A DNA stretch of 64,000 nt, from the NCBI GenBank assembly GCA_964291215.2, contig OZ219791.1, positions 1,824,001 through 1,888,000 on the forward strand. The letters are read 5' to 3'. Below the pieces are notes generated by a model. It did not search any database. It had not been told where the DNA came from and saw only the letters and a list, made by a program, of their open reading frames with translations. The position numbers and the translations under genes were made by a program. Shown in pieces: positions 25,015-35,655 of the stretch. The number at the start of each line of letters is the position of its first letter. The stretch's first letter is position 1. Source of the DNA: Alphaproteobacteria bacterium. GTDB lineage: Bacteria > Pseudomonadota > Alphaproteobacteria > MPNO01 > UBA830.

Positions 25015-26449
25015 GGCGCCGTCGCACCGCGGCCGTCCTGGAGCACCTAGGTGTCCTTGCTGCCGCCACCTTGCGAGGAGTTCACGACTAGGGATCCCTC
25101 CCTGAGTGCGACGCGGGTCAGCCCTCCGGCCACGACGCATATCTCCTCGCCATAGAGCACGAAGGGCCTGAGGTCGACGTGACGCGGCGCGATTCCCGAA
25201 TTGGCGAAGGTCGGACAGGTCGAGAGGGCAAGGGTCGGCTGGGCGATGAAATTCGCCGGATCGGCGAGGATGCGCGCACGGTACCTGTCGCGATCTTCCC
25301 GCGTGCTCGCCGGGCCGACAAGCATGCCGTAGCCGCCCGAACCTTGGACCTCCTTGACCACGAGCTCGTCGAGATGGCCCAGCGCGTAGGCACGGTCTTC
25401 GCGCCGTCGCAGCATGTATGTAGGCACGTTCTCGAGCAGCGGCGCCTCGTCAAGATAGAAGCGGATGATCTCGGGCACGTACAGGTAGATCGACTTGTCG
25501 TCGGCGACCCCGTTGCCCAGCGCGTTGGCGAGCGTGACGCTGCCCGAACGGTACGCTGACAGGAGGCCGGGCACCCCCAGAATCGAATCGGCGCGGGACG
25601 CCAGCGGATCGAGGAAGTCGTCATCTGTCCTGCGGTAGATCACGTCGACCCGCTGCGGCCCCTCGGTGGTGTGCATGTGCACGCCCCCGTCGGCGACGAA
25701 CAGGTCGGACGCCTCGACAAGCTCGATGCCCATCGTGTCAGCGAGGTAGGCATGCTCGAAATACGCGCCGTTATACGAGCCGGGCGTCAGCAGCACGACC
25801 GTCGGGTCCCCGGTTGCGGACGGCGCTACATGGCGAGGGCTGCGCAGCAACTCGTCGGGATAATGGTCGACGGGGGCGATCGCGTGTTCGGCGAACAGGT
25901 CTGGAAAGAGGCGCATCATCACGGCGCGGTTCTCGAGCATGTAGGACACGCCTGACGGCGTTCTCAGGTCGTCCTCGAGCACGTAGAACTCATCCGTGCC
26001 GACGCGCACGATGTCGATGCCGGCAATGTGGATGTAGATTCCGCCGGGCACGTCGAAACGGTGCATCCGGATCTGGTAGCAGGGGTTGTTGAACATGAGA
26101 TCGGCCGGTATGCGGCCCGTGTGCACGATCTCGGCATCGTGATAGAGGTCGTGCAGGAAAATGTTGAGCGTGCGCACGCGCTGGACCAGGCCGCGCGCCA
26201 GCGGGTCCCATTCCGCCGCCGTGAAGACGCGCGGGATGACGTCGAAGGGGATCGGCGTTCGCTGGCGTCCTCCTGGCCATGGGCGAGAAAGTTGATGCCG
26301 AGGCGGCGGAAGAGGATCTCCGCCTCGAACGAGCGGCGCACGAGCTGGCCCTCGGGCAGGCTGCGAAGGCACGCCGCGACGCTGGCATAGGCGTCCCGGG
26401 TGCGCCCGTCGCCGGATGTCATCCCGTCAAAGGCGGGAACGGCGGGCAT
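25008..26449 (-). pseudogene. Circularly permuted type 2 ATP-grasp protein
   Basis: IPFDVIPR, EDDLRTPSGVSYMLENR, GSGGYGML, VVNSSQGGGSKDT*; frameshift ~26260; TAG where W is expected. Confidence 0.85.
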
Positions 26450-26565
26450 TGGTCACAGGAGGTCTGAACATCCCGGAAAACGCGGCCGTCCGGGCCGCCA
26501 GCTTCGCGCGGGCGGCATACGCCATATCCGCTGGCGGCAGAAACCCGCCATGCACCGCGGCGTGC

Positions 26566-28791
26566 CTACAGGAAGCTGTAGGGATCGACATCGATATCGA
26601 CGCGCACGCCCGGCGGCGGCTGCGATTCGAAAATCCATCGCCGAAGCAACTTCTGGATGCTGACGTTTTTCCGGGCGCGCAGCAGGAGGCGCCGGCGGTG
26701 GCGGCCGCGAATGAGCGCCACCGGTGCCGGCGCCGGCCCCAGAACGGTCACGCCGGCGCTGCGTGGCGCCGACTGCCCGAGGCGTGCGGCCGTCTCGTCG
26801 ACCCGATCCTCCCGGGGTCCGTGCACGATCACCGCGGCGAGGCGGCCGTAGGGCGGCATGCCGGACTCCCGCCGCGCCCGGGCCTCGACGCCGATGAACC
26901 GGTCGCGGTCGCTGGCCACCAGCGCTTCCATCACCGGGTGCTCGGGTTGCCAGGTCTGGATGAGGACCCGGCCCGGCCGTTCGGCGCGGCCGGCCCGGCC
27001 GCCAACCTGATGGAGCACCTGATAGGTGCGTTCGGCAGCCCGAAGGTCACCGCCGGAGAGCCCGAGATCGGCATCGACCGCGCCGACGAGGGTGAGGTGC
27101 GGGAAATGAAACCCCTTGGCCATGATCTGGGTGCCGATCAGGATGTCGATCTCCCGATCGTGCATGCGGCGCACGAACCCGCGCGCGTCCTGGCCCTGCC
27201 GCAGCGTGTCGCTCGACATGACCTCGGACCGGGATTCGGGAAACCGCCGCCTGACTTCCTCCTCGAGGCGCTCGACGCCGGGTCCCACCGCGGCGAACAT
27301 GTCCGTCTCGCCGCATTCTGGACAGGCGCGGGGCGGCGGCGCCTCATGTCCGCAATGGTGGCACTGGAGGCGCCGGCTGCTGCGGTGTTCGACCAGCCAG
27401 GCGGTGCAGTTCGGACAGCCGAACCGGTGCCCGCAACTGCGGCATAGCGTCAGCGGCGCATAGCCCCTGCGGTTGAGGAACAGCATCACCTGTTCGCCGG
27501 CCGACAGGGTATCGCGCACGGCGCTGGACAGGGTCGGCGAGATCCAGGTCCGGGTCTCGAGGACTTCGTGGCGCATGTCTATGGCCGCGACCGCGGGAAG
27601 GCGGGCACCGCCGTGGCGGGCGGGAAGCTCCAGGCGGTGGTAACGTCCGCGCTCCACGTTGTCGAAGGTCTCGATCGACGGGGTCGCGGAGGCGAGAACC
27701 ACGGGAAAGCGGCCGATGCGGCCGCGGACGACGGCCATGTCGCGCGCGTTGTAGATGACCCCGTCTTCCTGCTTGTAGCTCGGATCGTGCTCTTCGTCGA
27801 TGACGATGAGGCCGAGATTCGGGAACGGCAGCAGCAGGGCCGAACGCGCCCCGACGACGAGCTGCGCCTTGCCGCGGAGCACCGCCCGCCAATTGCGCCG
27901 GCGCACCGAATCGGGGATGCCGGAGTGCCAGACCGCGGGCGGCGCGCCGAACCGGGTCTCGAAGCGCGACATCCATTCGGCGGCAAAGGCGATCTCCGGC
28001 AGCAGCACGAGGACCTGGCGGCCGCTGGCGACGGCAGCTGCGACGGCCTCGAGATAGACCTCCGTCTTTCCCGATCCGGTGACACCGTCGAGAAGGGAGA
28101 CGGAAAAGCCGCTGCCGATCCTCTCCGTCAGCCCGGCGGCTGCAGAGCGCTGGGCGTCGGATAGCGGGGGACCGGGCCGGGCCGGGTCGATGGCCGGCGC
28201 CGCGCCGCTGTCGCCGGACACCGTGGCGCGGCGCAGAAGCGCCGCCGTGGCCAGGCCGCGGACGACCGCCGGCGAGACCGCGGCCGCCTCGACGATTTCG
28301 GCGAGGGTCGCGGTGTCGCGGTCCGCGAGGGTGCGAATCACGCGCCGCCGCGCCGCGGTCATGCGCAGGCCGCCGGGAAGCGCGTCGCCGTCGGGCGACA
28401 CGCCGCCGGCAAGCATCCACGCGGCAATCGTCCTCGGTGCCGCGAGGGCGCCGCGAACGCTCATCGCCATGCGCAGCACGGCGCCGATCGGGGCCAGGGT
28501 GTAGTCGGCGATCCAGGCGATGAACTCGCGCGCGGCCGCCGGCATCGGCGGGCTGTCGAGCACCCGCGAGATCGGGCGGAGCCGTTCGCGGTCGACGGCG
28601 CCGCTTCCCGGCCCCCAGACGACACCGGTCATCCGGCGCGGGCCGAGCGGAACCTCGACGAAGGTGCCCGGCGCGGGGTCGAATCCCGGCGGTGTGGCAT
28701 AGTCGTACGGTGCGGTAAGGGCCAGCGGCAGGAGAACGGCGACCACATCCTGTTGGGCCGTCCGGTTGCCGGTGGAAACGGGCTGGTCCAT
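26566..28791 (-). CDS. priA: Primosomal protein N'
   Basis: GVTGSGKTEVY, DEEHD, paired CxxC Zn motifs, QVGGRAGR. Confidence 0.97.
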   Translation of the reverse strand: MDQPVSTGNRTAQQDVVAVLLPLALTAPYDYATPPGFDPAPGTFVEVPLGPRRMTGVVWGPGSGAVDRERLRPISRVLDSPPMPAAAREFIAWIADYTLAPIGAVLRMAMSVRGALAAPRTIAAWMLAGGVSPDGDALPGGLRMTAARRRVIRTLADRDTATLAEIVEAAAVSPAVVRGLATAALLRRATVSGDSGAAPAIDPARPGPPLSDAQRSAAAGLTERIGSGFSVSLLDGVTGSGKTEVYLEAVAAAVASGRQVLVLLPEIAFAAEWMSRFETRFGAPPAVWHSGIPDSVRRRNWRAVLRGKAQLVVGARSALLLPFPNLGLIVIDEEHDPSYKQEDGVIYNARDMAVVRGRIGRFPVVLASATPSIETFDNVERGRYHRLELPARHGGARLPAVAAIDMRHEVLETRTWISPTLSSAVRDTLSAGEQVMLFLNRRGYAPLTLCRSCGHRFGCPNCTAWLVEHRSSRRLQCHHCGHEAPPPRACPECGETDMFAAVGPGVERLEEEVRRRFPESRSEVMSSDTLRQGQDARGFVRRMHDREIDILIGTQIMAKGFHFPHLTLVGAVDADLGLSGGDLRAAERTYQVLHQVGGRAGRAERPGRVLIQTWQPEHPVMEALVASDRDRFIGVEARARRESGMPPYGRLAAVIVHGPREDRVDETAARLGQSAPRSAGVTVLGPAPAPVALIRGRHRRRLLLRARKNVSIQKLLRRWIFESQPPPGVRVDIDVDPYSFL

Positions 28792-28879
28792 CGTCTAGAC
28801 TCTACTTCAGCCGTCCGGGATCGCCAACCGGCCGTCCGGCGGGCGCGTCGACGGAACGGACAGGGGCCGGAGCAGGTTC

Positions 28880-29536
28880 ATGAAGTTTTTCGTGGATTCG
28901 GCGGACGCCGCCGAAATCCGGGATCTTGCCGCAACCGGCCTGGTTGACGGCGTGACCACCAACCCTTCGCTGATCGCGAAGTCGGGGCGCCCGTTCCTCG
29001 ATGTCATCGCCGAGATCTGCGCCATCGTCGGCGGGCCGGTGAGTGCCGAGGTTGCGGCGACCGACCACGAAACGATGATGGCCGAGGGGCGGAAGCTCGC
29101 CGGGCTGGCGCCCAACGTCGCGGTCAAGGTGCCGCTGACGCCGGACGGGCTCAGGACCTGCAAGGCGCTTTCCGACGAAGGCGTTACCGTCAACGTGACC
29201 CTGTGTTTCTCGGCCGGACAGGCGCTTCTGGCCGCCAAGGCGGGGGCCGCCTTCGTTTCGCCGTTTGCCGGCCGCCTCGACGATATCGGGCATGACGGCC
29301 TGGCGCTGATCCGCGACATCTGCGCCATCTATGCAAATTACGACGATCTCCGCACCAGCGTGCTGGCGGCATCGGTGCGCGGCCCCGCGCACGTGATCGA
29401 GGCGGCGAGGGCTGGCGCCCATGTCACGACGGTGCCGCCGGGCGTACTGCGTCAGCTGTTTCGGCATCCGCTGACCGATGCCGGGCTGGAAGCGTTCCTG
29501 GCGGACTGGCGGAAAACCGGCCAGTCGATCCTGTGA
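28880..29536 (+). CDS. fsa: Transaldolase / fructose-6-phosphate aldolase
   Basis: [33 protein letters not shown]. Confidence 0.92.
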   Translation: MKFFVDSADAAEIRDLAATGLVDGVTTNPSLIAKSGRPFLDVIAEICAIVGGPVSAEVAATDHETMMAEGRKLAGLAPNVAVKVPLTPDGLRTCKALSDEGVTVNVTLCFSAGQALLAAKAGAAFVSPFAGRLDDIGHDGLALIRDICAIYANYDDLRTSVLAASVRGPAHVIEAARAGAHVTTVPPGVLRQLFRHPLTDAGLEAFLADWRKTGQSIL

Positions 29537-29543
29537 GCCTGCC

Positions 29544-30257
29544 GTGATCAACGACGCTCCAGGTCAGGCCGCGGCGCCGGAAGGGAACCAGTTCTCGCCC
29601 GAGGCGGTGCTCGACTGGCTGCGCCGCAATCCCGATTTCCTGAGCGACAATCCCGAGGTGCTGGCGACGCTTGCGCCGCCGCAGCGCCGCTTCGGCGACG
29701 GCGTCGTCGACATGCAGAAATTCATGCTCGACCGGCTGCAGACGAGATTCTCGGTCCTTCAGCGGCGCGAGCAGCAGATCATGTCGGCCGCCGACGACAA
29801 CGCCGATCGCCAGGCGAGGATACTTCAGGCCGCGCTCGAGCTCGTTGCGGCGGCGGATATCGATGCCCTTGCCGGTTTCCTGCGGTCGAATCTGCCGGAG
29901 ACACTCGACCTGGAGGCTGCCGCCTTCTGCGTCGAGGACGGTCCCGGGCCGCGGTGGCCCGCCGGGACCCGCGTTCTCGCCGCTAAACGGATACGGTACC
30001 TCATGGGGACGAGGCAGCAGGTCGTGCTGAAGTCCGCCTACAAGGCGAAACCGGATGTGTTCGGAGACGCGTCGGCGCGCATCGGGTCTGTCGCCTATCT
30101 GCGGCTTCGCCCCGACGCCGCCGGGCGGCGGATGATGGTGGCGCTCGGGGCTGGCAGCGCGGATGGTTTCACGACGGACCAGTCCACGGATCTCCTGTGC
30201 TTCCTTGCTGACATTCTCGACATACGGCTGGAGCAATGCCGGGAAGACCGGAGCTAG
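29544..30257 (+). CDS. DUF484 family protein
   Basis: WLRRNPDFL..., VVDMQ.FM; conserved position upstream of xerC. Confidence 0.8.
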   Translation: MINDAPGQAAAPEGNQFSPEAVLDWLRRNPDFLSDNPEVLATLAPPQRRFGDGVVDMQKFMLDRLQTRFSVLQRREQQIMSAADDNADRQARILQAALELVAAADIDALAGFLRSNLPETLDLEAAAFCVEDGPGPRWPAGTRVLAAKRIRYLMGTRQQVVLKSAYKAKPDVFGDASARIGSVAYLRLRPDAAGRRMMVALGAGSADGFTTDQSTDLLCFLADILDIRLEQCREDRS

Positions 30258-31192
30258 TCGAATTTTTCGCGGCGCCGGACCTTCTTCCGGCGCTGGACGC
30301 CTGGCGCACATGGCTCGCGGCCGAGCGGAGGATGTCGCCGCATTCCATCGACGGATATAGCCGCGACATCGCTTCGTTTCTTGAATTCCTCCGCGAGCAT
30401 CTGGGAGAGTGCGCAGGCGTGGCGGCGCTGGCGGCACTCGGCGTTCCGGATTTCCGGGCATGGCTGACGAGCCGTGCCGACAGCGGGCTTTCGCGTACGT
30501 CGACCGCGCGCGCGCTGTCGGCGGTGCGCAACCTGTTCCGCTATCTCGAGCGCACCGGCCGCGCGGTCAATCCGGCCCTGGCATCCGTGCGGACCCCGCG
30601 GACCGGACGCGGCATCCCCAAGGCGCTGAGCGAGACCGACGCCGTCGACCTGCTTCGCCGCGCCGCCGAGGTCGCGCCGCAACCCTGGATCGGCGCCCGC
30701 GACGTCGCCGTGCTCACACTGCTCTACGGGTGCGGGCTGCGCATCGACGAAGCGCTGGGTCTCGACCAGCGTGATGTTCCCGACGGCGATGTCATGGTGA
30801 TCACCGGAAAGGGAGGCAAGCAACGCGTCGTGCCGGTGCTTCCCGTGGTCGCCGACGCTATGCGGGTGTACCGCAAGGCCTGCCCGTTTCCGGACGAGGC
30901 AGACCGGCCGTTGTTCTACGGCGCCCGCGGCGGCCGGCTGAACGCGGGCGTCGTGCAGCGCGCCATGCGCACCCTGCGCGCTGATCTCGGGTTGCCGGAA
31001 AGCGTCACGCCGCATGCGCTGCGCCACAGTTTCGCGACCCACCTGCTGGCAGGCGGCGGCGATCTGCGCACGATCCAGGAACTGCTCGGCCACGCCTCGC
31101 TGTCAACTACCCAGCGCTATACCGAAGTCGATACCGCGCGCCTTACCGAGGTGTACGACCGCTCGCATCCGCGTGCGGTGGGCAGACGATAG
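30236..31192 (+). CDS. xerC: Tyrosine recombinase XerC
   Basis: LYGCGLRI.E, GKGGKQR, TPHALRHSFATH, LLGHASLSTTQRY. Confidence 0.9.
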   Translation: MPGRPELVEFFAAPDLLPALDAWRTWLAAERRMSPHSIDGYSRDIASFLEFLREHLGECAGVAALAALGVPDFRAWLTSRADSGLSRTSTARALSAVRNLFRYLERTGRAVNPALASVRTPRTGRGIPKALSETDAVDLLRRAAEVAPQPWIGARDVAVLTLLYGCGLRIDEALGLDQRDVPDGDVMVITGKGGKQRVVPVLPVVADAMRVYRKACPFPDEADRPLFYGARGGRLNAGVVQRAMRTLRADLGLPESVTPHALRHSFATHLLAGGGDLRTIQELLGHASLSTTQRYTEVDTARLTEVYDRSHPRAVGRR

Positions 31193-31413
31193 GTACCTGC
31201 CGGCGTTCCTCGCGTATTCCGGCCATGTCCGCCGTGCCCTTCGGATGACCCTGTCCGAGATCCCGTATCGTCGACGGACCCGTACATGGCACATGCGAAT
31301 GCGGGCGCGCGGGATACCGCCGACTGCACTCGTTCGAACGTTGCAGGCCGGTTTCTCCGCATTCGATCTCGGACCGCCATATGGGCATGGAGTATTGGCC
31401 TTGCATTCAAAAG

Positions 31414-31490
31414 GCCGAAGATGGCCTATTGAAATCGAATTAGGGGCCGGTTATGGCCTTTAAAGTGTGATTTCGTGGCATAAACGGTCA
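31414..31490. promoter_or_regulatory. Repeated palindromic operator candidates upstream of an XRE gene
   Basis: GGCC-N6-GGCC twice, plus GTGGC-N7-GTCAC, in an AT-rich stretch. Confidence 0.4.
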
Positions 31491-31512
31491 CAAATTACCG
31501 TTCGGGGGAAAT

Positions 31513-31790
31513 ATGAAGGCATCACGCCAGATCGAAATCGAAATAGGATTCCGCATGGCAAGATTGCGGCTGCCCCGCAACGTGACGCAATCCATGTTGG
31601 CAGAAGATGCCGGGATCGGTTTACGCACGTTGCGGCGTCTCGAGTCCGGTGAACCCTCGACACCTTCCTGCGGGTCGCCCTGGCGCTGGACCTCAGCGAT
31701 GCGATCCTCGGTGCGATACCGAGAGCTCAGATGCGCCTGATCGAGCGTATCTCGCGGATCGGTTCTGAGCGCCGGCAGGTACGTCCGCTG
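31513..31790 (+). pseudogene. XRE-family HTH (HipB-like), frameshifted
   Basis: RNVTQSMLAEDAGIGLRTLRRLESG, then frameshift to FLRVALAL. Confidence 0.65.
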
Positions 31791-32030
31791 CCGGAGCGAG
31801 ATATGGGCCGGATCTGGATGTGGGGCGATGATCCGGACGGCTGAGGCAAACATCATCCTGCATAGTGAACTCTCCGGGGCAGCATCCCGACCCCGGACGC
31901 CCGGTCGGAATTCCGCGGATCATCGGCTGAATTGCCTGGCCAGTCAACTCGTCGTCGGGACAACACCGGCAGCTGATGCTCACGGGTATCCGTGTGTCGT
32001 CGTCCGGACTGCGATATGCGGCGCCCGCCG

Positions 32031-32924
32031 TCATTTCCTGCCGGAGTCCGGCTCTTGCCGACGGCCTTCGCGCCTGCCGACGACATAGGTGCTCGCGCAG
32101 ATGACGGCGGCTCCGGCCCAGGTCCAGAAATCGGTCGACTGGTGAAAGGCAAGCCATCCGATCAGTGCGGTCATCGGCAGCTGCACGTAGTTCACGATGA
32201 CGACGAGGCCTGCCGGCGCCACGCGGAACGCCCTGGTCTGGCATTGCTGAGCGCCGACGGTGCACAGGCCGAGCGCCACCAAAAGAGGGATGTCCTTCAA
32301 CCCGGGCTCGGCCCAGCCCCACAGCGCGCCGATGGCGGCGGGAGGAATCATCATGGCGTAGAGATAGAACACCATTGCGTTCGGGTGCTCGGTGAAGGCC
32401 AGCTTCTTGGTTCCGATCAGCGCTGCCGCAAAGCCCGCCGCGGCCAGCAGTGTTGCGATCGCCGGCGCCGAGATCTCGATCAATCCGGGCCGCAGGATGA
32501 TCAGGACGCCGATAAAACCGGTGGCCGTCGCCAACCATTGATGCAGGCTCGCCCGTTCGGCCAGCCAGACCGCCGCCATGATCACCGTGAACAGCGGCAT
32601 CGTGAACAGGAGCGCGCTTGCGTTGGCGAGCGGCAAGCCGGCGATTCCGTACATCCAGCCGAGCGCGCCGAGATAGCTCAGCAGCATGCGCCAGATATAG
32701 AGCCCGAGGCGACGGGTCCGCAGGATTCCGATCCCCGTGGCCAGCACCCACGGCAGCATGAACACGGCACCGAGCACGGCCCGGAACAGAACGATCTGCT
32801 GAGCCGGAAAGGTATCCGACAACCCCCGGACGACGCCGTAGATGAGCGCGTAGAACAAGCTCGAAGGCAGCATCCAGAGGATGCCGCGCAGCGGCCCGGG
32901 AAGTTCTGCCAGTTGTCGTCTCAT
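32031..32924 (-). CDS. DMT/EamA family permease
   Basis: Hydrophobic multi-TM pattern; QIVLFR, GFIGVLIILRPG. Confidence 0.9.
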   Translation of the reverse strand: MRRQLAELPGPLRGILWMLPSSLFYALIYGVVRGLSDTFPAQQIVLFRAVLGAVFMLPWVLATGIGILRTRRLGLYIWRMLLSYLGALGWMYGIAGLPLANASALLFTMPLFTVIMAAVWLAERASLHQWLATATGFIGVLIILRPGLIEISAPAIATLLAAAGFAAALIGTKKLAFTEHPNAMVFYLYAMMIPPAAIGALWGWAEPGLKDIPLLVALGLCTVGAQQCQTRAFRVAPAGLVVIVNYVQLPMTALIGWLAFHQSTDFWTWAGAAVICASTYVVGRREGRRQEPDSGRK

Positions 32925-33020
32925 GCGAATTCGGGAATAGTGCTTCCCCCTTTGTCCGCGGCTTGGCTCGCCGCCTCGTCGTCGCCCGCTGAAGCGGGGC
33001 GGCGAATTTCTTCCGGAGAC

Positions 33021-34364
33021 ATGTCCATGCAAGCCCCCCGACCGCAACCCTACATACCGGAAACCCCGCGCTTCGCCGAGGACGCGGACACGCCGCGCGA
33101 CTTTCTCGAACGCTGCATCGAGAACATTGCGTCGCTGGAACCGCAGATCGGCGCCTTCGTGGCAACCGACTTCGAGGCGGCGCGGAGCGAGGCCGACGCC
33201 TCGACCGAACGCTGGAAGTCGGGGCGGCAGCTGTCGCCGATCGACGGCATGCCGGTGGGGATCAAGGACGTCATGGAAACGGCCCGCATGGCCACGGAAC
33301 AGGGGTCGCCGCTCTTCGAGGGATGGGTCGGCGGGCGCGACTGCGCCGCGGTAGTGGCGTTGCGCGAAGCCGGCGCGGTAATCATCGGAAAGACCGTGAC
33401 CACGGAATTTGCGGCGACGCAGCCGCGCGGCACGCGCAACCCGTGGGATCTCGAACGGACGCCGGGCGGCTCCTCCAGCGGTTCGGCCGCAGCGGTCGCA
33501 GCCGGCATGGCGCCGGCTGCGCTCGGCTCGCAGGTCATCGGATCCACTATCCGTCCGGCGAGCTACTGCGGCGTCCACGGGTACAAGCCGAGCGTCGGAG
33601 GGATCAACCGCGGCGGCAGCTTCGACGGTTTCAGCCAGAGCTGCACCGGCATTATCGCTGCCAGCCTCGAGGATACCTGGGTGACAGCGCGCGAGATCGC
33701 GGCGCGCGCTGGCGGCGATGCCGGCTATGTCGGCATCGCCGGCCCGATGTCCCTGCCGCCCGCAGCGGCGCCGCAGGTGGTCGCAATCCTCGAGACCGCC
33801 GGCTGGAGCAAGGCGACGGACGACGCGAAGGCAGCCCTGGACGATGCCCGCCGCCGTCTCGAAGAACACGGGATTCGCGTGGTTGACCGCAACGGCTCCG
33901 CGTCGGTTGCCGCCGTCGAGGACGCGATCGCCAACGCCATGGATATATCGATGAGCATCAATGCCTGGGAGGGGCGTTGGCCGCTCAACACCTACAGCCG
34001 CGACATGGATGCCGACAAGCTCAGCCAGGCGGCGCGCGATCGTCTGGTCGAAGCCGAGGCGCTCAGCCAGGAGGAATTCCGTGATCTCCTCGCCGAGCGC
34101 GCGCGCGTGCGCGGCGTCTATGCGGCGCTTGCCGGAGAGGTCGATGCCTGCGTGACGCTCGCCGCGCCCGCCGCTGCGCCCGTGGGTCTCGACTGGACCG
34201 GCGATCCGTCGTTCACAGTCCACACGTCCCTGATCGGCATGCCGGCTGTGACCCTGCCGGTGCTTGCCGATGACGGTCTTCCGCTCGGGCTGCAGATCAT
34301 CGGGTTCACTGATGCCGACGCTTCGCTGATGGCGATCGCCGGCGGCGTTGCCACGCTTTACTAA
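33021..34364 (+). CDS. Amidase-signature family amidase
   Basis: GIKD, GKTVTTEFA, TPGGSSSGSAAAVA, GSTIRPASYCG. Confidence 0.93.
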   Translation: MSMQAPRPQPYIPETPRFAEDADTPRDFLERCIENIASLEPQIGAFVATDFEAARSEADASTERWKSGRQLSPIDGMPVGIKDVMETARMATEQGSPLFEGWVGGRDCAAVVALREAGAVIIGKTVTTEFAATQPRGTRNPWDLERTPGGSSSGSAAAVAAGMAPAALGSQVIGSTIRPASYCGVHGYKPSVGGINRGGSFDGFSQSCTGIIAASLEDTWVTAREIAARAGGDAGYVGIAGPMSLPPAAAPQVVAILETAGWSKATDDAKAALDDARRRLEEHGIRVVDRNGSASVAAVEDAIANAMDISMSINAWEGRWPLNTYSRDMDADKLSQAARDRLVEAEALSQEEFRDLLAERARVRGVYAALAGEVDACVTLAAPAAAPVGLDWTGDPSFTVHTSLIGMPAVTLPVLADDGLPLGLQIIGFTDADASLMAIAGGVATLY

Positions 34365-34392
34365 TGGCCGCGGGTCGAGGAGGGCAAGGCAG

Positions 34393-35376
34393 ATGATCCG
34401 GGCCGGAATCGTGGGAATGGGGCGCTGGGGGCAGAACCTTGCGAGCTCCGTTGCCGGCGGGAGCGAGGCTATCCGGATCACGGCCGGTTTCACGCGGACG
34501 CCGTCGAAGGTTGCGGACTTCGCTGCTACTAGCGGTATCCAGCTGCATGACAGCTACGAGTCGCTGCTCGCCGACGAGGAGATCGACGCCGTCGTGCTCG
34601 CGTCGCCGCACAGTGTGCACTTCGCGCAGATCATGGCGGCGGCGGAAGCGGGCAAGCATGTGTTCTGCGAGAAACCGTTCTGCCTCAGCGGTGCCGAGGC
34701 GCGCCGGGCGCTCGACGCCCTGGCTGCCCGGGGGCTGCGCGCTGGGATCGGGCACAACCGCCGCTTTTCGCCCAATGCCGTCGCTCTCGGGGAACTAATT
34801 GCAGGCGGCGATCTCGGCGACATGATCCAGATCGAGGGCAATTTCTCGGCCAACATGGCCGGCTATGCCAACGAATGGCGGGACAGTAGCATCGAGAGTC
34901 CAGCCGGGGGCATGACGTCTCTCGGGATTCATGTGGTCGACATGTTCATCAACCTCTTCGGCCGCGTTGAATCGGTGCAGGCGGCGGGTGCCCGCGTGGC
35001 GATTCCGCTCGACCTGGAAGATGCCATGACGGTGCTGCTGCGGTTCGAGGGCGGTCAGCTCGGTTATCTCGGCACGGTGGCGGCGACCGGCATGCTGTGG
35101 CAGGTCCGCGCTTTCGGAACGAAGGGTTGGGCGGAGATTTCCGGTCTCGACAGGCTCGCCGTTCAGATGGCGGACGGCACCGGCGACACGAAATCCTGGG
35201 ACGGATACGGATATCCCGGACTGCCGACGATCGCAGCCGGGCTCGAGGCCTTCGCGAGAGACTGCGAAGGCGGTGATCCGTTCCCGGTCACTCCCGACCA
35301 GATTTACCACGGGACATCGGTTCTCGAAGCGACAATCCGGTCCACCGAGACCAGCGAGCGTGTGACTGTGAGGTGA
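34393..35376 (+). CDS. Gfo/Idh/MocA oxidoreductase
   Basis: GIVGMGRWG, KHVFCEKP. Confidence 0.92.
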   Translation: MIRAGIVGMGRWGQNLASSVAGGSEAIRITAGFTRTPSKVADFAATSGIQLHDSYESLLADEEIDAVVLASPHSVHFAQIMAAAEAGKHVFCEKPFCLSGAEARRALDALAARGLRAGIGHNRRFSPNAVALGELIAGGDLGDMIQIEGNFSANMAGYANEWRDSSIESPAGGMTSLGIHVVDMFINLFGRVESVQAAGARVAIPLDLEDAMTVLLRFEGGQLGYLGTVAATGMLWQVRAFGTKGWAEISGLDRLAVQMADGTGDTKSWDGYGYPGLPTIAAGLEAFARDCEGGDPFPVTPDQIYHGTSVLEATIRSTETSERVTVR

Positions 35377-35379
35377 CTG

Positions 35380-35460
35380 CGGACGCCGGCTCGTCGAGAT
35401 CGTTGCGGGACATGGTAATGTCGATATCCTCGGCGAACCGGCGGATCAGGCCGACGACGG
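35380..35460 (-). pseudogene. AbiEii-type nucleotidyltransferase fragment
   Basis: GLIRRFAEDIDIT resembles the AbiEii RFSEDID motif. Confidence 0.5.
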
Positions 35461-35655
35461 GCAAGCCACGCATCGGGGTGTCGTCCGTTGCCTGAACCGA
35501 ATCTGCTGGAACAGCAATGGCAATGTTGCACACCGAATTTGATCGGCTCCCGGGGCAAGTTCACTCGGGTTCGCCCGCCGTGCGTCGTTGACCTTCTTGC
35601 TGTTTTCACTGAAAAGCTCCAGCCGATCTGAACCGCACATATCGGAAAGGCCGTC

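Noticed and set aside
25047-25049. Stop-codon recoding (stops at Trp positions here and in higB)
   Set aside because: Both TAG and TGA occur and only in decaying genes; intact genes use the standard code.
30236-31192. Prophage/island integrase
   Set aside because: The DUF484-xerC context marks housekeeping XerC; no att repeat or phage genes seen.
31992-34493. 790-aa and 820-aa ORFs suggesting fusions
   Set aside because: They are antisense read-through extensions of the divergent amidase and EamA genes in GC-rich DNA.
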